Shown: piece by piece, positions 18,655-27,886 of the stretch
Layout of the letters: each line of letters opens with the position of its first letter
How positions within the stretch are numbered: the first letter of the stretch is position 1
NCBI GenBank assembly: GCA_903898675.1
Contig: CAIUGM010000002.1
Coordinates: forward strand, 147,478 to 211,477
DNA from: an uncultured Verrucomicrobiota bacterium
Lineage (GTDB): Bacteria; Verrucomicrobiota; Verrucomicrobiia; Opitutales; Opitutaceae
Reading direction: 5' to 3'
DNA: 64,000 nucleotides
Position numbers and translations under genes: made by a program
The notes under the pieces: model-generated
The model's database searches: none
The model's input: the letters and a program-made list of their open reading frames with translations, nothing else
What the model was told of the DNA's origin: nothing

Positions 18655-19404
18655 AGCGCCGTGGTGCTGCGGCTCTGGGGCCTGGAGTGGACTCGTGACG
18701 AGACGTGCTGCCATTTCTTCATCACCGGGGCCACGGGAACGGGCAAGACGGCGCGAGCGGTCGTGCCGATCGTGCACGGCCTGCGCTCAACCCTCCCGGA
18801 AACCGGCGTGCTGGCGGTCGACTCCAAGGGGGCCTTATGGAAGCCGCTGGCGGCGATGGCGGCCAAACTTGGGCAGGAGAAGAGCCTGCGGCTGATCCGG
18901 GTGCGGCCGACTCACGTCATGCCGGCCAATTGGACACCGCCTTTGCGGCTCAATCTTCTCGGCGATCCCTCGGTGCCGTGGAGCACCTATGCCAAGATCA
19001 TCGTCGATACCGCTACCGCCGCCGGGCAGCGCGGCGGCCAAGCGTTCTTCAAGGAGACCGCGCGCGATGTCATCACCCACGCAATGCACGCCCTGGAAGC
19101 CGCGGATTTGCCCGTGACGCTCGCCAACGTCCATGACGCCATCTGCATCTCCACCCAGACGGCCCTCCTGCTGGCCCGCCTCGGCGAGAAGCCGGGTCCC
19201 GAGGCCGAGGTGGAAAGGCAGTATTTCAAGGACTTCGCCGAGCAGCCGCCCGAGCAGAAGAGCGGCACCGTATACACGGTCGCCAACTTCCTGCGACCCT
19301 ACACGCCGCCAGACATCCGCGAAGTTGTCTGCTCGGTGATCCCCAACTTTACGCTGGCCGAGGTCGATGCCGGTCGGCTCATCTGCCTGTCCGTGCCCCA
19401 GAAG
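18655..19404 (+). pseudogene. type IV coupling protein (TraD/VirD4-like) internal fragment
   Basis: 'HFFITGATGTGKT' Walker A, 'LAVDSKG', 'FFKETAR', 'ICLSVPQK'; no N-terminal TM, no Walker B/C-terminal half, no own start codon. Confidence 0.7.
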
Positions 19405-20202
19405 CAGTCGCTGGCGGCGTGGATTAAGCCGGGAGCCGAGGTGATTTCCCTGACCCGAAAAGAGGTTTGGAATCATGGCGATCTAACGGCGGAAAAACCC
19501 AAACCGTTGCCGGCCAAGTTTGGCAAAGGCAGGCCGCCTCCGGAGCTAGGCCGGGAGAACCTGAAGCATACGGAGATGGAAACGATCTCAGTGGTTCGCA
19601 AAGCACTTTGGGATCAAGCCAAGTGGCGCGGGGTGGCCTTTTTTCTCGGGGCCGAGATGGAGCAACCGCCAATTCTTGCGCTGGCGTTTTTGGAGCGCGA
19701 GGCCCCGGGAAAAATCTTTGCCGGTTGGGAAAAAGAAGTCGGCCGCCGCGATGTTCGGGAAAAAATCCGCATCACCATCGTGCGAGGCTTCAAGCGAAGC
19801 CGGCCCAACTGGTATCGGGTCATGATTAGCCCCAATTTGGAGAGCGATCCCACGGCGACCAAGCCGCGGTATGTGTTTTTGTCAGGCCGGAAGCTGGTCA
19901 TGGAAGCCACCACGAGCGTCAACCTGGACAACTTCCTCCGGCATTTTAAGAAGTTCGGCGGATATTTCCTTTGTCGGGCTTCGCTAAAAAATCTGTCGAC
20001 TCCGCCGGAATTGGTTCGTGAGCCGGCTATCGTCAAAACGCAGCTGATTGTGCGCGATGCCTGGGAGATTGGTCCGGACGATCCTGATTTCACAGCGCTG
20101 GAGCCCAGTGACGATCCCGTGATTCCTGAGGGAGAATCGTCTCCACCGGTGAAGGCGGCATTGGAGCGTTTACGCGAGATGGATAAGCCAGGTGGGGAAT
20201 AA
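19405..20202 (+). pseudogene. C-terminal fragment of an unrelated large protein, fused in frame to the coupling-protein fragment
   Basis: Abrupt change of sequence type and codon usage after 'SVPQK'; 'LWDQAKWRGVAF...PPILALAF...IRITIVRG...VRDAWEIG'. Confidence 0.5.
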
Positions 20203-20210
20203 GGCCACAG

Positions 20211-20669
20211 TTGCGCAGTGAGCTCGATCCGCTTACCGCATTGCTTATGCGGAGCATCGAAATCGACGACCGGAGCAGCTGGGAGCCCGAGTATGCACCG
20301 TATTTCGCCACTCTCGCGCCGCCCGACGCATGGTCGGGTTGGTTGGATCCGGAGGACTACTCCAGCGCGGACTCGAATACCTCTGGCGGCAGTGAATACC
20401 TCCGGGTGGTCGCGGATGCTTTGGGCGACGGGCAACGTGCACCTGTTGAGGCGCGTGGTCGCCCCGCGTTGATTAAGTGCATCGTGCCTAATGTGGAACT
20501 ACATCCCGAAGTGCGGCGCAGCTGCACCTCTCTGCCGCTGCGGTGGAAGCTGACGCGGCGCGACCCTGAGGCCCCGCCGAACTTCTATGTGCTGGACTGG
20601 GGGTTCATGCACCCACACCCGGTGCCGCCCGATAGAATCTCGATCGAATACCTCGCGGCTGAGGCATAA
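20211..20669 (+). CDS. hypothetical protein (island-borne, possibly partial)
   Basis: 152-aa ORF with TTG start and RBS-like AAGG; AT-richer codon usage; no family recognised. Confidence 0.5.
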   Translation: MRSELDPLTALLMRSIEIDDRSSWEPEYAPYFATLAPPDAWSGWLDPEDYSSADSNTSGGSEYLRVVADALGDGQRAPVEARGRPALIKCIVPNVELHPEVRRSCTSLPLRWKLTRRDPEAPPNFYVLDWGFMHPHPVPPDRISIEYLAAEA

Positions 20670-20912
20670 GCGCTGGCCCCAGAGCGCATATTCGCGATCA
20701 TTGACCAGCTATATGCACCTAAAGCCCACAGCGTGGCGTCTTGGAATCAATTTTCTATACTGGCTACTATACTGCAGCGTAAATAATGAGGACACTTGAG
20801 AGTATTTTGCTAAAATTGATTCCGATCTATTTCTGAGCTTTCCCGAATGAAAAGATGTTTCTGGTTAAGTCGAAGAAGGTCTGGGCAGGTGGGAGAAATT
20901 GTCGGATTCGAC

Positions 20913-20965
20913 CTTAGAAGCCGTTGCCGCAAGGCGTGCAGGTTCGAGTCCTGTCCTGGGCACCA
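20913..20965 (+). pseudogene. 3' half of tRNA-Leu(TAG): att-site remnant or decayed tRNA
   Basis: CTTAGAA loop, GCCGT 3' anticodon strand, variable arm GCC-GCAA-GGC, T-arm GCAGG-TTCGAGT-CCTGT, CCTGGGC-A-CCA; no GCCCAGG 5' acceptor strand upstream. Confidence 0.85.
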
Positions 20966-21086
20966 CGCGGCGCACACGCCGCCTCTCGCCGCTTTTATCC
21001 GGCGTTCGGTCGCGCGCAAATCCGCGGGCGCGGCTTTTTTTGTTTGCGCGGGCCCGGACATTCGGACCTATCGCGAGGCGAGTATC

Positions 21087-21698
21087 ATGCCTACCCCAAA
21101 ACTTACCGCCGCCGACGTCGGGGCCCCGCGCCTTGCAGGAACCACCACGCAGAACGCCAACCGGCTCGAAATCACCGCGGGTGGGGAGGACATTTGGGGC
21201 ACGCGCGACGAGTTTCATTTCGCCCACTTTCCGGTCGCGGGCGATTTCTCCCTCACGACCCGCGTTGAATCGCTCGTCATGGCGGACGTCTACACGAAGG
21301 CCGGCATCATGTTTCGCGCTTCGCTCGCCGCCGGCGCGCCGCACGCGCTGCTGCTGGCGTTCGGCGACAATCAGCCGCGCAATAACAACAATGGCGGCCT
21401 CGAGTTCCAGTCCCGCCTCCAGCCGGACGCCGCCTGCACGGGTATATATCCGCCGCAGCCCCTGCCGGCTCTTCCGGATTTTCCGGCGAGCTTCCCGAAC
21501 GTCTGGCTCCGCCTCCAGCGCACCGGCAATTCCTTCACCGGCCGCTACAGCCAAGACGGCGTGCAGTGGAAGACCTTCTGCACCGCCGAACTGGCGTTGC
21601 CCGCCGGCGGTCTGCTGGGCTTTGCCGTGACCTCGCACAATCCCACCCGGTCCGTGCAGGCGGTCTTCACCGCCTGGGATTTTTCCGGCCAACCCTGA
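21087..21698 (+). CDS. concanavalin-like/DUF1349-type carbohydrate-binding hypothetical protein
   Basis: 'ITAGGEDIWGTRDEFHFAH', 'KAGIMFRASL', 'WLRLQRTGNSFTG', 'GFAVTSHN'. Confidence 0.7.
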   Translation: MPTPKLTAADVGAPRLAGTTTQNANRLEITAGGEDIWGTRDEFHFAHFPVAGDFSLTTRVESLVMADVYTKAGIMFRASLAAGAPHALLLAFGDNQPRNNNNGGLEFQSRLQPDAACTGIYPPQPLPALPDFPASFPNVWLRLQRTGNSFTGRYSQDGVQWKTFCTAELALPAGGLLGFAVTSHNPTRSVQAVFTAWDFSGQP

Positions 21699-21749
21699 GT
21701 CCGACCGGTTCCGGCGGAACGCTCCTCACCCTCCAACCCATTTCTGCCC

Positions 21750-22499
21750 ATGTCCTCCTCCCTTTCCCTGCAAGGTAAATGGTCCCTCGTCACCGGCGCG
21801 AGCCGCGGCGTCGGCCTGCACGTCAGCGAGGGCCTCGCCCGGCTCGGCTCCAATGTCGTGCTCCACAGCCGCGACGCCGCGCACACCCGGGCGCTGGCCG
21901 CGACGCTTACCGGCCTCGGCGTCAAGGTGGTCACCGTCGCCGGCGAATTGTCCGACCAGGCCCAGGTCGATGCACTGCTCTCCGCCGCGCTCCAGCAGGC
22001 CGGGCAGATCGACGTCGTCTACAACAATGCCGCGATCATGACGCCCTACCGGGAAAACGTCTGGGAAATCCCGGCCGACGATTTCCGAAAGAGTTTCGAG
22101 GTGAATGTCATCAGCCTCGCGCGCATCTGCCACCGGCTGGTGCCGCTGATGCTGCAGCGCCGGTGGGGTCGCGTCATCAACCTGACGTCGGGCATCCAGG
22201 AACAGCCGGAGCTGACGGCGTATTCCATTTCCAAGGCGGCGGTCGACAAGCTGGTCCGCGACTTCGTGCCGCGGCTCGCCGGAACCGGCGTGCAGATGAA
22301 CCTGCTTGATCCCGGCTGGCTGCGCACCGACCTCGGCGGGCCGAAGGCGCCCAACGACCCGTCCTCCGTGCTGCCCGGCGCGCTCGTGCCGGCGCTGCTG
22401 GACGACGGCCGCAGCGGGCGCTTCTTCCGCGCCCAGGATTACGCCGGCCTCACGCTTGAGCAGGCCGTGGCCCGCGCCTGCACCGAAAATCCCGCCTGA
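21750..22499 (+). CDS. short-chain dehydrogenase/reductase
   Basis: 'TGASRGVG', 'NNAA', 'YSISK', 'PGWLRTDLGG'. Confidence 0.9.
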   Translation: MSSSLSLQGKWSLVTGASRGVGLHVSEGLARLGSNVVLHSRDAAHTRALAATLTGLGVKVVTVAGELSDQAQVDALLSAALQQAGQIDVVYNNAAIMTPYRENVWEIPADDFRKSFEVNVISLARICHRLVPLMLQRRWGRVINLTSGIQEQPELTAYSISKAAVDKLVRDFVPRLAGTGVQMNLLDPGWLRTDLGGPKAPNDPSSVLPGALVPALLDDGRSGRFFRAQDYAGLTLEQAVARACTENPA

Positions 22500-22507
22500 A
22501 TCTCCCC

Positions 22508-23416
22508 ATGATCACCCGCTGCCAGTTTGCCCCGAACAGTCCTGAATTTTCCCGTCTGGTGTACGGCACCTGGCGCATCCTGGACGATCAGCCGTCCGCC
22601 CAGGACATCAACCGCCGGCTTCACCGCTGCGTCGAGCTCGGCATTACGACGATCGACACGGCCGAGATCTACGGCCTGTACCAGGTCGAGGCGGCGCTTG
22701 GCCGCGCGCTCGCGTTGTCGCCGGCGCTGCGGGACCGGCTCGAGATCGTGACGAAGGCCGGCATCTACATCCCAAATCCGGCGAACCCGGAGCGCAAGGT
22801 GGGTTTCTACGACGCCTCCGCGGCGCAATTGACCCGCAGCGTCGACACGGCGCTCCGCCTCCTCGGCACCGACCGGCTGGATCTTTTCCTCGTGCACCGG
22901 CCGGACTGGCTCACGGGCTTGGACGATACCGCGGCGGGGCTCAACCAGCTCCTACGGGCGGGCAAGATCCGCAGCGCGGGCGTGTCCAATTACAGCGCGT
23001 CGCAGTTCGCCGCGCTCAACAGCCGGATGGAGCAGCCGCTGGTGACGAACCAGATCGAGTTCCACCTGCTGCGCATGGCGCCGATCGACGACGGCGTGCT
23101 CGACCAGTGCCAGCAGGTACGGGTCAAGCCGATGGCGTGGAGTCCGCTGGCCGGCGGCAAGCTGTTCGACGCGGCCAACCCGGCGGCCTCCCGCCTCGCG
23201 GCCCTCGCCGCGACTTTGGCGAAAAAATACGCCGGCGCGACGCTCGAGCAGCTCGCATACGCTTGGATCCTCGCGCATCCGAGCCAGCCGGTGCCCGTCA
23301 TTGGCACGAACAAAGTCGCCCGCATCGAGAGCGCGGCCGCCGCCGCCGGTATCACCCTCGAGCGCGAGGACTGGTACGCGCTCTGGGTCGCCGCCCAAGG
23401 TCACGGTGTGCCGTAA
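22508..23416 (+). CDS. aldo/keto reductase (YdhF-like)
   Basis: 'IDTAEIYG', 'IVTKAG', 'FLVHRPD', 'GVSNY', 'AWSPLAGG', 'PVIGT'. Confidence 0.9.
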   Translation: MITRCQFAPNSPEFSRLVYGTWRILDDQPSAQDINRRLHRCVELGITTIDTAEIYGLYQVEAALGRALALSPALRDRLEIVTKAGIYIPNPANPERKVGFYDASAAQLTRSVDTALRLLGTDRLDLFLVHRPDWLTGLDDTAAGLNQLLRAGKIRSAGVSNYSASQFAALNSRMEQPLVTNQIEFHLLRMAPIDDGVLDQCQQVRVKPMAWSPLAGGKLFDAANPAASRLAALAATLAKKYAGATLEQLAYAWILAHPSQPVPVIGTNKVARIESAAAAAGITLEREDWYALWVAAQGHGVP

Positions 23417-23510
23417 ACGCCGGGCGCGGCCGGACGACGCGCCCAGCCTTCTCAACGATGCCGGTCGCGATGGCGCTTGAGGTTCGCGGCCGAGCCGAAT
23501 TTTCCCACCG

Positions 23511-24734
23511 ATGCGTGTTGCAAGAATCCTGCTGCTGGTCGGCGCCGTGCTGTGCGCCGTCGCCTTGCGCGGAGGCGGGGCCGGACCGGAGCAAGCTGTT
23601 GCCCCGGCGCGAACGTTCATCCATCCCGGCCTGCTGAACAGCCAGGCGGAGTTGGAGATCGTGCGCGCTCGCATCCGGGCCGGGGCGGAGCCGTGGCGCA
23701 CGCAGTTTGAGCGGATGGCCGGGTCGCGGTTTGCCGTCCGCTCCTGGGCGCCGCGGCCGCGCGCGGTGGTGGACGCGCGCAGCGACGATGCTGGCATCGA
23801 GAACGACGATGCCACCGCCGCGTACACGCAGGCGTTGATGGGCTATTTCACCGGTGATCAAACGTACTCACGGAATGCCGCGGCGATCCTGAACGCCTGG
23901 TCGGCGACGCTGCAGCGTCACACCAGTCGTGACCGCCAGGAAGAGATCGTGGCCGGCTGGTGCGGGGCGGTGTTTCCGCTTGCGGCGGAAATCCTCCGGG
24001 CGAACTACCCGGCGTGGACGGCGGCGGACCGCGGGCGCTTCGCCGCGATGCTGGATCGCGCGTTCGTGCCGCTGCTGTGGAACGGCAACCCCAAGTACAA
24101 CGGCAACTGGGAGCTGGCGATGATCAACGCGCTGCTCTGCATCGGCGTGGCCAACGACGACGCGGCGACGTTTGAGCGCGGCCTCATGCTCTGGCGGCGC
24201 CGGGTGCCGGCGTTTCTTTATCTGCGCTCGGACGGCCCGACGCCCCGGCGCCCGGTGGGCGCGCCGGATCTCGCGACCGACGCGGCGATCGCCGCCTACT
24301 GGTTTCACCCGGGGCGGTATTTCGACGGCCTGTGCCAGGAGACCGGCCGCGATTACGGGCATCACGTGCAGGAAGGCATGGCCACGCTGGTGAACGGCGC
24401 TGAGATTGCCTTCCATCAGGGGGTCGACCTCTACGGCGAAAATGAGGCGCGCATCACCGCAGCCCTGGAGTTCCACGCCGGCGCGTTGCTCGGCCGCCCG
24501 GTGCCGGCGGAATATTTTCCCGCGGGCTTCATCCCGGCGGACCTCTTGCCGACCTGGGCGATTGCCTACCACCATTTTCACGGCCGCCGGGGCCTCGCGC
24601 TGCCGAACACCGGCGAGCTGCTGCGCGCCAAGATCGACGCCTTGCCGGCACCGGCGATCCATCTCGACATGGCGTGGGAATCCCTGACCCACGCTGTGTC
24701 CGATTCGCCGCCGGTTGAAGTGCTGCAACGGTGA
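23511..24734 (+). CDS. secreted alginate-lyase-family (alpha/alpha toroid) protein
   Basis: Signal peptide; 'FIHPGLL', 'NGNWEL', 'QETGRDYGH', 'GVDLY'. Confidence 0.75.
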   Translation: MRVARILLLVGAVLCAVALRGGGAGPEQAVAPARTFIHPGLLNSQAELEIVRARIRAGAEPWRTQFERMAGSRFAVRSWAPRPRAVVDARSDDAGIENDDATAAYTQALMGYFTGDQTYSRNAAAILNAWSATLQRHTSRDRQEEIVAGWCGAVFPLAAEILRANYPAWTAADRGRFAAMLDRAFVPLLWNGNPKYNGNWELAMINALLCIGVANDDAATFERGLMLWRRRVPAFLYLRSDGPTPRRPVGAPDLATDAAIAAYWFHPGRYFDGLCQETGRDYGHHVQEGMATLVNGAEIAFHQGVDLYGENEARITAALEFHAGALLGRPVPAEYFPAGFIPADLLPTWAIAYHHFHGRRGLALPNTGELLRAKIDALPAPAIHLDMAWESLTHAVSDSPPVEVLQR

Positions 24735-24790
24735 GACGCTGGCGGGCGGCCGCGGATCGGTGGCCGGGGTTCCCTCGCTCAGCCAACACT

Positions 24791-24903
24791 CATGCAGTTG
24801 AAGGCATATTTATCTCGATAGGCCGACAAACTGAAAGGTGGTCGTCGATTTCCACATCGACGACCAGCGTCGGTACGGAGACCGACGCCCACCCAACTGC
24901 ATG
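24791..24903. repeat. REPIN-like doublet: two GTGG-footed hairpins facing each other inside a 10-bp inverted repeat
   Basis: catgcagttg/caactgcatg; GGTGG-tcgtcgat-ttccac-atcgacga; minus strand GGTGG-gcgtcggt-ctccgt-accgacgc. Confidence 0.6.
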
Positions 24904-24911
24904 GTTCCGGC

Positions 24912-25916
24912 TCAGGCAATTCGTCCGCCGGGCCAGGCCTTGGCGTAGGCGGTGAGCACGTTCTCGATGAAGGCGTCCTCATCCGGCGGGAGCAGGCGGC
25001 GTGCGGGGTCGGCGTCAAACCACTCGATCGTCCGGCGCACCCCGTCGCGAAACGCGATGCGCGGCCGGAAGTCCGGCACGGCGCGGCGCAGCTTGGTGTT
25101 GTCGAAGAGCGCGGTGTGGGATTTGTCGCCGAGCAGCGTGCCTTCACAGCCGGGATCCCACGCGACGAGCAGGTCGGAGGGCACATGCACGAATTTTGGC
25201 GCGGCGACACCGGCGGCGAGGGCGGTCAGGCGGTGAATCTCGTTCCAGGTGAGCGCCTCATCGGACGTGATCTGGAAATCTTCCCCGCGGGCGAGCGGGT
25301 TGCCGAGCAGTCCGACCAAGCCCGGAGCGAAATCATCGGAGTGGGTGACGGTCCACAGGCTGGTGCCGTCGCCCGGCACGATGATGGGCAGGCCGCGGCG
25401 CATCCGGTCGACCGCGGTGAAGTCCCGCCAGCCGCCGATCGGGATCAGGATAACGGTGTCGTAGGTGTGCGACGGGCGGATGATCGTGAACGGAAACCCG
25501 GTGGCGCCCGCGGCGCGCAGCACCTGCTCGGCGGCGATCTTGTCGCGGGAGTACTGCCACCGTGGGTTCTCGAGCGGCGTGCGCTCCGTGGTGGGGGCGA
25601 ACCCGCTCGGCTTGGCATACGCCGAGGCGGAGCTGAGGAACACGTACTGCCCGCAGCGGCCGCGGAACAGCCGGATGTCGCGCTCGACCTGCGCCGGGGT
25701 GAAGCCGATGAACTGCACCACGGCGTCAAAGCGGTGCGGCGCAAGCGCGGCCGCGGCCGCGGCCTCGTCGTTGATGTCGCACGGCAGGTCGCGGGCGCCG
25801 GGGATGCCCGGCCGGCCCGGGCGGTGCAGCAGCCAAAGCTCGTGGCCCAGCGCCAGCGCGAGCCGGCTGCACGCCGTGCTGATGTTGCCGGTGCCGCCGA
25901 TAAAAAGGATTTTCAT
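24912..25916 (-). CDS. NAD-dependent epimerase/dehydratase family protein
   Basis: 'IGGTGNIS', 'FLSSASAY', 'YSRDK', 'IRPSHTY'. Confidence 0.88.
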   Translation of the reverse strand: MKILFIGGTGNISTACSRLALALGHELWLLHRPGRPGIPGARDLPCDINDEAAAAAALAPHRFDAVVQFIGFTPAQVERDIRLFRGRCGQYVFLSSASAYAKPSGFAPTTERTPLENPRWQYSRDKIAAEQVLRAAGATGFPFTIIRPSHTYDTVILIPIGGWRDFTAVDRMRRGLPIIVPGDGTSLWTVTHSDDFAPGLVGLLGNPLARGEDFQITSDEALTWNEIHRLTALAAGVAAPKFVHVPSDLLVAWDPGCEGTLLGDKSHTALFDNTKLRRAVPDFRPRIAFRDGVRRTIEWFDADPARRLLPPDEDAFIENVLTAYAKAWPGGRIA

Positions 25917-25959
25917 TTGAGGAAAGGGGATGGGAACGACAGCAGCGGCGGCCGGGCGC

Positions 25960-26739
25960 TCATTTGACCGGCACGAACTCCATATAGTCGAAATTCATCA
26001 CGGGCTGGTCGAGAAAGTGCAGGGTCAGAACGTGGACACCTTTTTTTAGGTGGAGCTGGCCGAGGCCGAAGATCTTGTTCCAGTGGTGCGCCTGCCGCCA
26101 CTCGATCGGGTCGGCGGCGTTGAAGGTCGTCGGGATGGCGAGCGGGCCGGAGACATCGCTTCCGTCGCAGTCAAAGGCGATGTGCCCGCCGAACTTCGAG
26201 GTGTACATCGTGTTGATCGTGTAGACGCGGTCGGCGAGGACGTTGACGGTGTAGCGGACCCATTCGCCGGGCGCGATCCAGCCCAGGTAGAGGCCCTCGG
26301 GATCGGGTGGTACGAGGTTGAACGGCGTGTCGTCCACCGGTGTGCCCGGATTGTGGAGCTTGATGTAGGAGATGTCGGGACTCTCGAATCGGCGGAATTC
26401 CTTTTTGTAGCTGCCGAGGCCGTTCAGGCTGCCGCTCCCGCTGTTCTTGTTGTCGGTGTCATGGTACGTGATCCCTTCCTCGGCGCCGGCGGCTTTCTCG
26501 GCGTCGGAAATGTCCATGGTGTCGTAATACTCGTTCTGCAGGGTTCCCGGGATCACCTGCGGGCCGGCGTGGTAGACGGTGTCGTGGAACGGCACGCCGG
26601 CATACGCCTTCGCCGGGGTGGGCGAGGCTGCGGGCTCGGCGGCCGGCAGCGGCACAGCGAGGCCGGTGGTCAGGGCAAGGGAGAGGACGCGCCACGGCAA
26701 ACACCGGGGCAGCGGACGGGAGCAGGGCAGGAGGTGCAT
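25960..26739 (-). CDS. secreted CBM6/CBM35-like carbohydrate-binding protein, no catalytic domain seen
   Basis: Signal peptide; 'IPGTLQNEYYD', 'YHDTD', 'GWIAPGEWVRYTVNV', 'NFDYMEF'. Confidence 0.7.
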   Translation of the reverse strand: MHLLPCSRPLPRCLPWRVLSLALTTGLAVPLPAAEPAASPTPAKAYAGVPFHDTVYHAGPQVIPGTLQNEYYDTMDISDAEKAAGAEEGITYHDTDNKNSGSGSLNGLGSYKKEFRRFESPDISYIKLHNPGTPVDDTPFNLVPPDPEGLYLGWIAPGEWVRYTVNVLADRVYTINTMYTSKFGGHIAFDCDGSDVSGPLAIPTTFNAADPIEWRQAHHWNKIFGLGQLHLKKGVHVLTLHFLDQPVMNFDYMEFVPVK

Positions 26740-26917
26740 GGGGAGACCGCGGGAGTGGCGGTGAAACTTGGTACGGTCAATGCCCGCGGGCTGACGAGAT
26801 TTTTCTGTCGGCGCGCTCCCAATGTGCTCGCACCCGGCGGTCGGAGGATTTTCTCTCCGGGCGTGGTTCCGATCGCCCATTCCCCGCGCCGTTCCGCCGT
26901 GGCCGCCCCCTTCCGCC

Positions 26918-27886
26918 ATGCGTGAAGTCGCCGCCATTCTGACCCTGCTGGAGCGGCATGCCGGGACGCCGGCGGTGCTCGCGACGCTGGTGCAGGTGGA
27001 AGGCTCGTCCTACCGGCTGCCGGGCGCGCGGCTGCTGTGGTTGCCCGACGGAACCCACACGGGCTCGATCAGCGGCGGGTGCCTCGAGGCGGATGTCATC
27101 GCCCGCGCGGAGGTCGTGCTGGCGTCTGGCAGGGCGGAGCGCGTGGCGTACGACATGGCGGCGGAGAACGATCTTGTGTGGGGCACCGGCAGCGGATGCG
27201 CGGGCCGCGTAGATGTGCTGCTCGAAGTCATCCCCGCGGAACCCCCGGCCTGGGTTGCCGCGGTTCGCCGGAACCTGGCGTCTCGCGCCACAACGCGGCT
27301 GCTGGTCGCGCATGCGGGCGCGGGCGCGCTGGGCACCCGGCTTGCGGCGGCCGGGGAAACGGCGGGCCCGGGTGATTTTTTGGATGAGATCCCGCCGCCG
27401 CCGCACATCGTGGTGTTCGGCGCCGGCGACGACGCGCAGCCGCTGGCCCGGCTGGCGCACGAACTCGGCTGGCAGGTGACGGTGGTCGACTCGCGGGCGG
27501 CTTCCGCCACCGCCGGGCGTTTCCCCGGGGCGACGGTGATCGTGGCGCCGCCGGAGTCGGCGGTCGCGGCGCTGACGATCGACCCGCGCACGCTGGTGGT
27601 GGTGATGACCCACCGGTTTCGCGAGGACGCGGTGCTGCTGCGCGACCTGCTCGCGGCCCCGCTGGTGTATCTCGGGGTGCTCGGGCCGCGGCGCCGGACC
27701 GAACGCCTTTGCGCCGAAATCGGCGGAGCGGCCGCGCCGGCGCAGCTCCACGCCCCGGTCGGGCTCGACCTCGGCGGTGACACGCCGGAGACCGTCGCGC
27801 TGGCGATCCTGGCCGAGATGCAGTGCCTGCTCGCCGGCCGCGCTCCGATTCACCTGCGCGATCGCGCGGCGCCCATCCATGGCTGA
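26918..27886 (+). CDS. XdhC/CoxI-family molybdenum cofactor insertion chaperone
   Basis: 'GSSYRLPGAR', 'GSISGGCLE', 'GSGCAG', 'FGAGDDA', 'LHAPVGLDLG..TPE..ALAILAE'. Confidence 0.9.
   Translation: MREVAAILTLLERHAGTPAVLATLVQVEGSSYRLPGARLLWLPDGTHTGSISGGCLEADVIARAEVVLASGRAERVAYDMAAENDLVWGTGSGCAGRVDVLLEVIPAEPPAWVAAVRRNLASRATTRLLVAHAGAGALGTRLAAAGETAGPGDFLDEIPPPPHIVVFGAGDDAQPLARLAHELGWQVTVVDSRAASATAGRFPGATVIVAPPESAVAALTIDPRTLVVVMTHRFREDAVLLRDLLAAPLVYLGVLGPRRRTERLCAEIGGAAAPAQLHAPVGLDLGGDTPETVALAILAEMQCLLAGRAPIHLRDRAAPIHG

Noticed and set aside
18646-18866. N-terminal ~75 aa of the 601-aa recombinase ORF as a novel domain
   Set aside because: It is the reverse complement of the coupling-protein fragment, not recombinase sequence.
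20883-20965. Intact tRNA-Leu gene
   Set aside because: 5' acceptor strand cannot pair with CCTGGGC, anticodon stem pairs 3/5, and the D-arm region is too short.
24791-24903. Hammerhead ribozyme or known riboswitch (contains CTGA and GAAA-like words)
   Set aside because: No CUGAnGA/GAAA core in the right arrangement; it sits at the 3' ends of two convergent genes, not in a leader.
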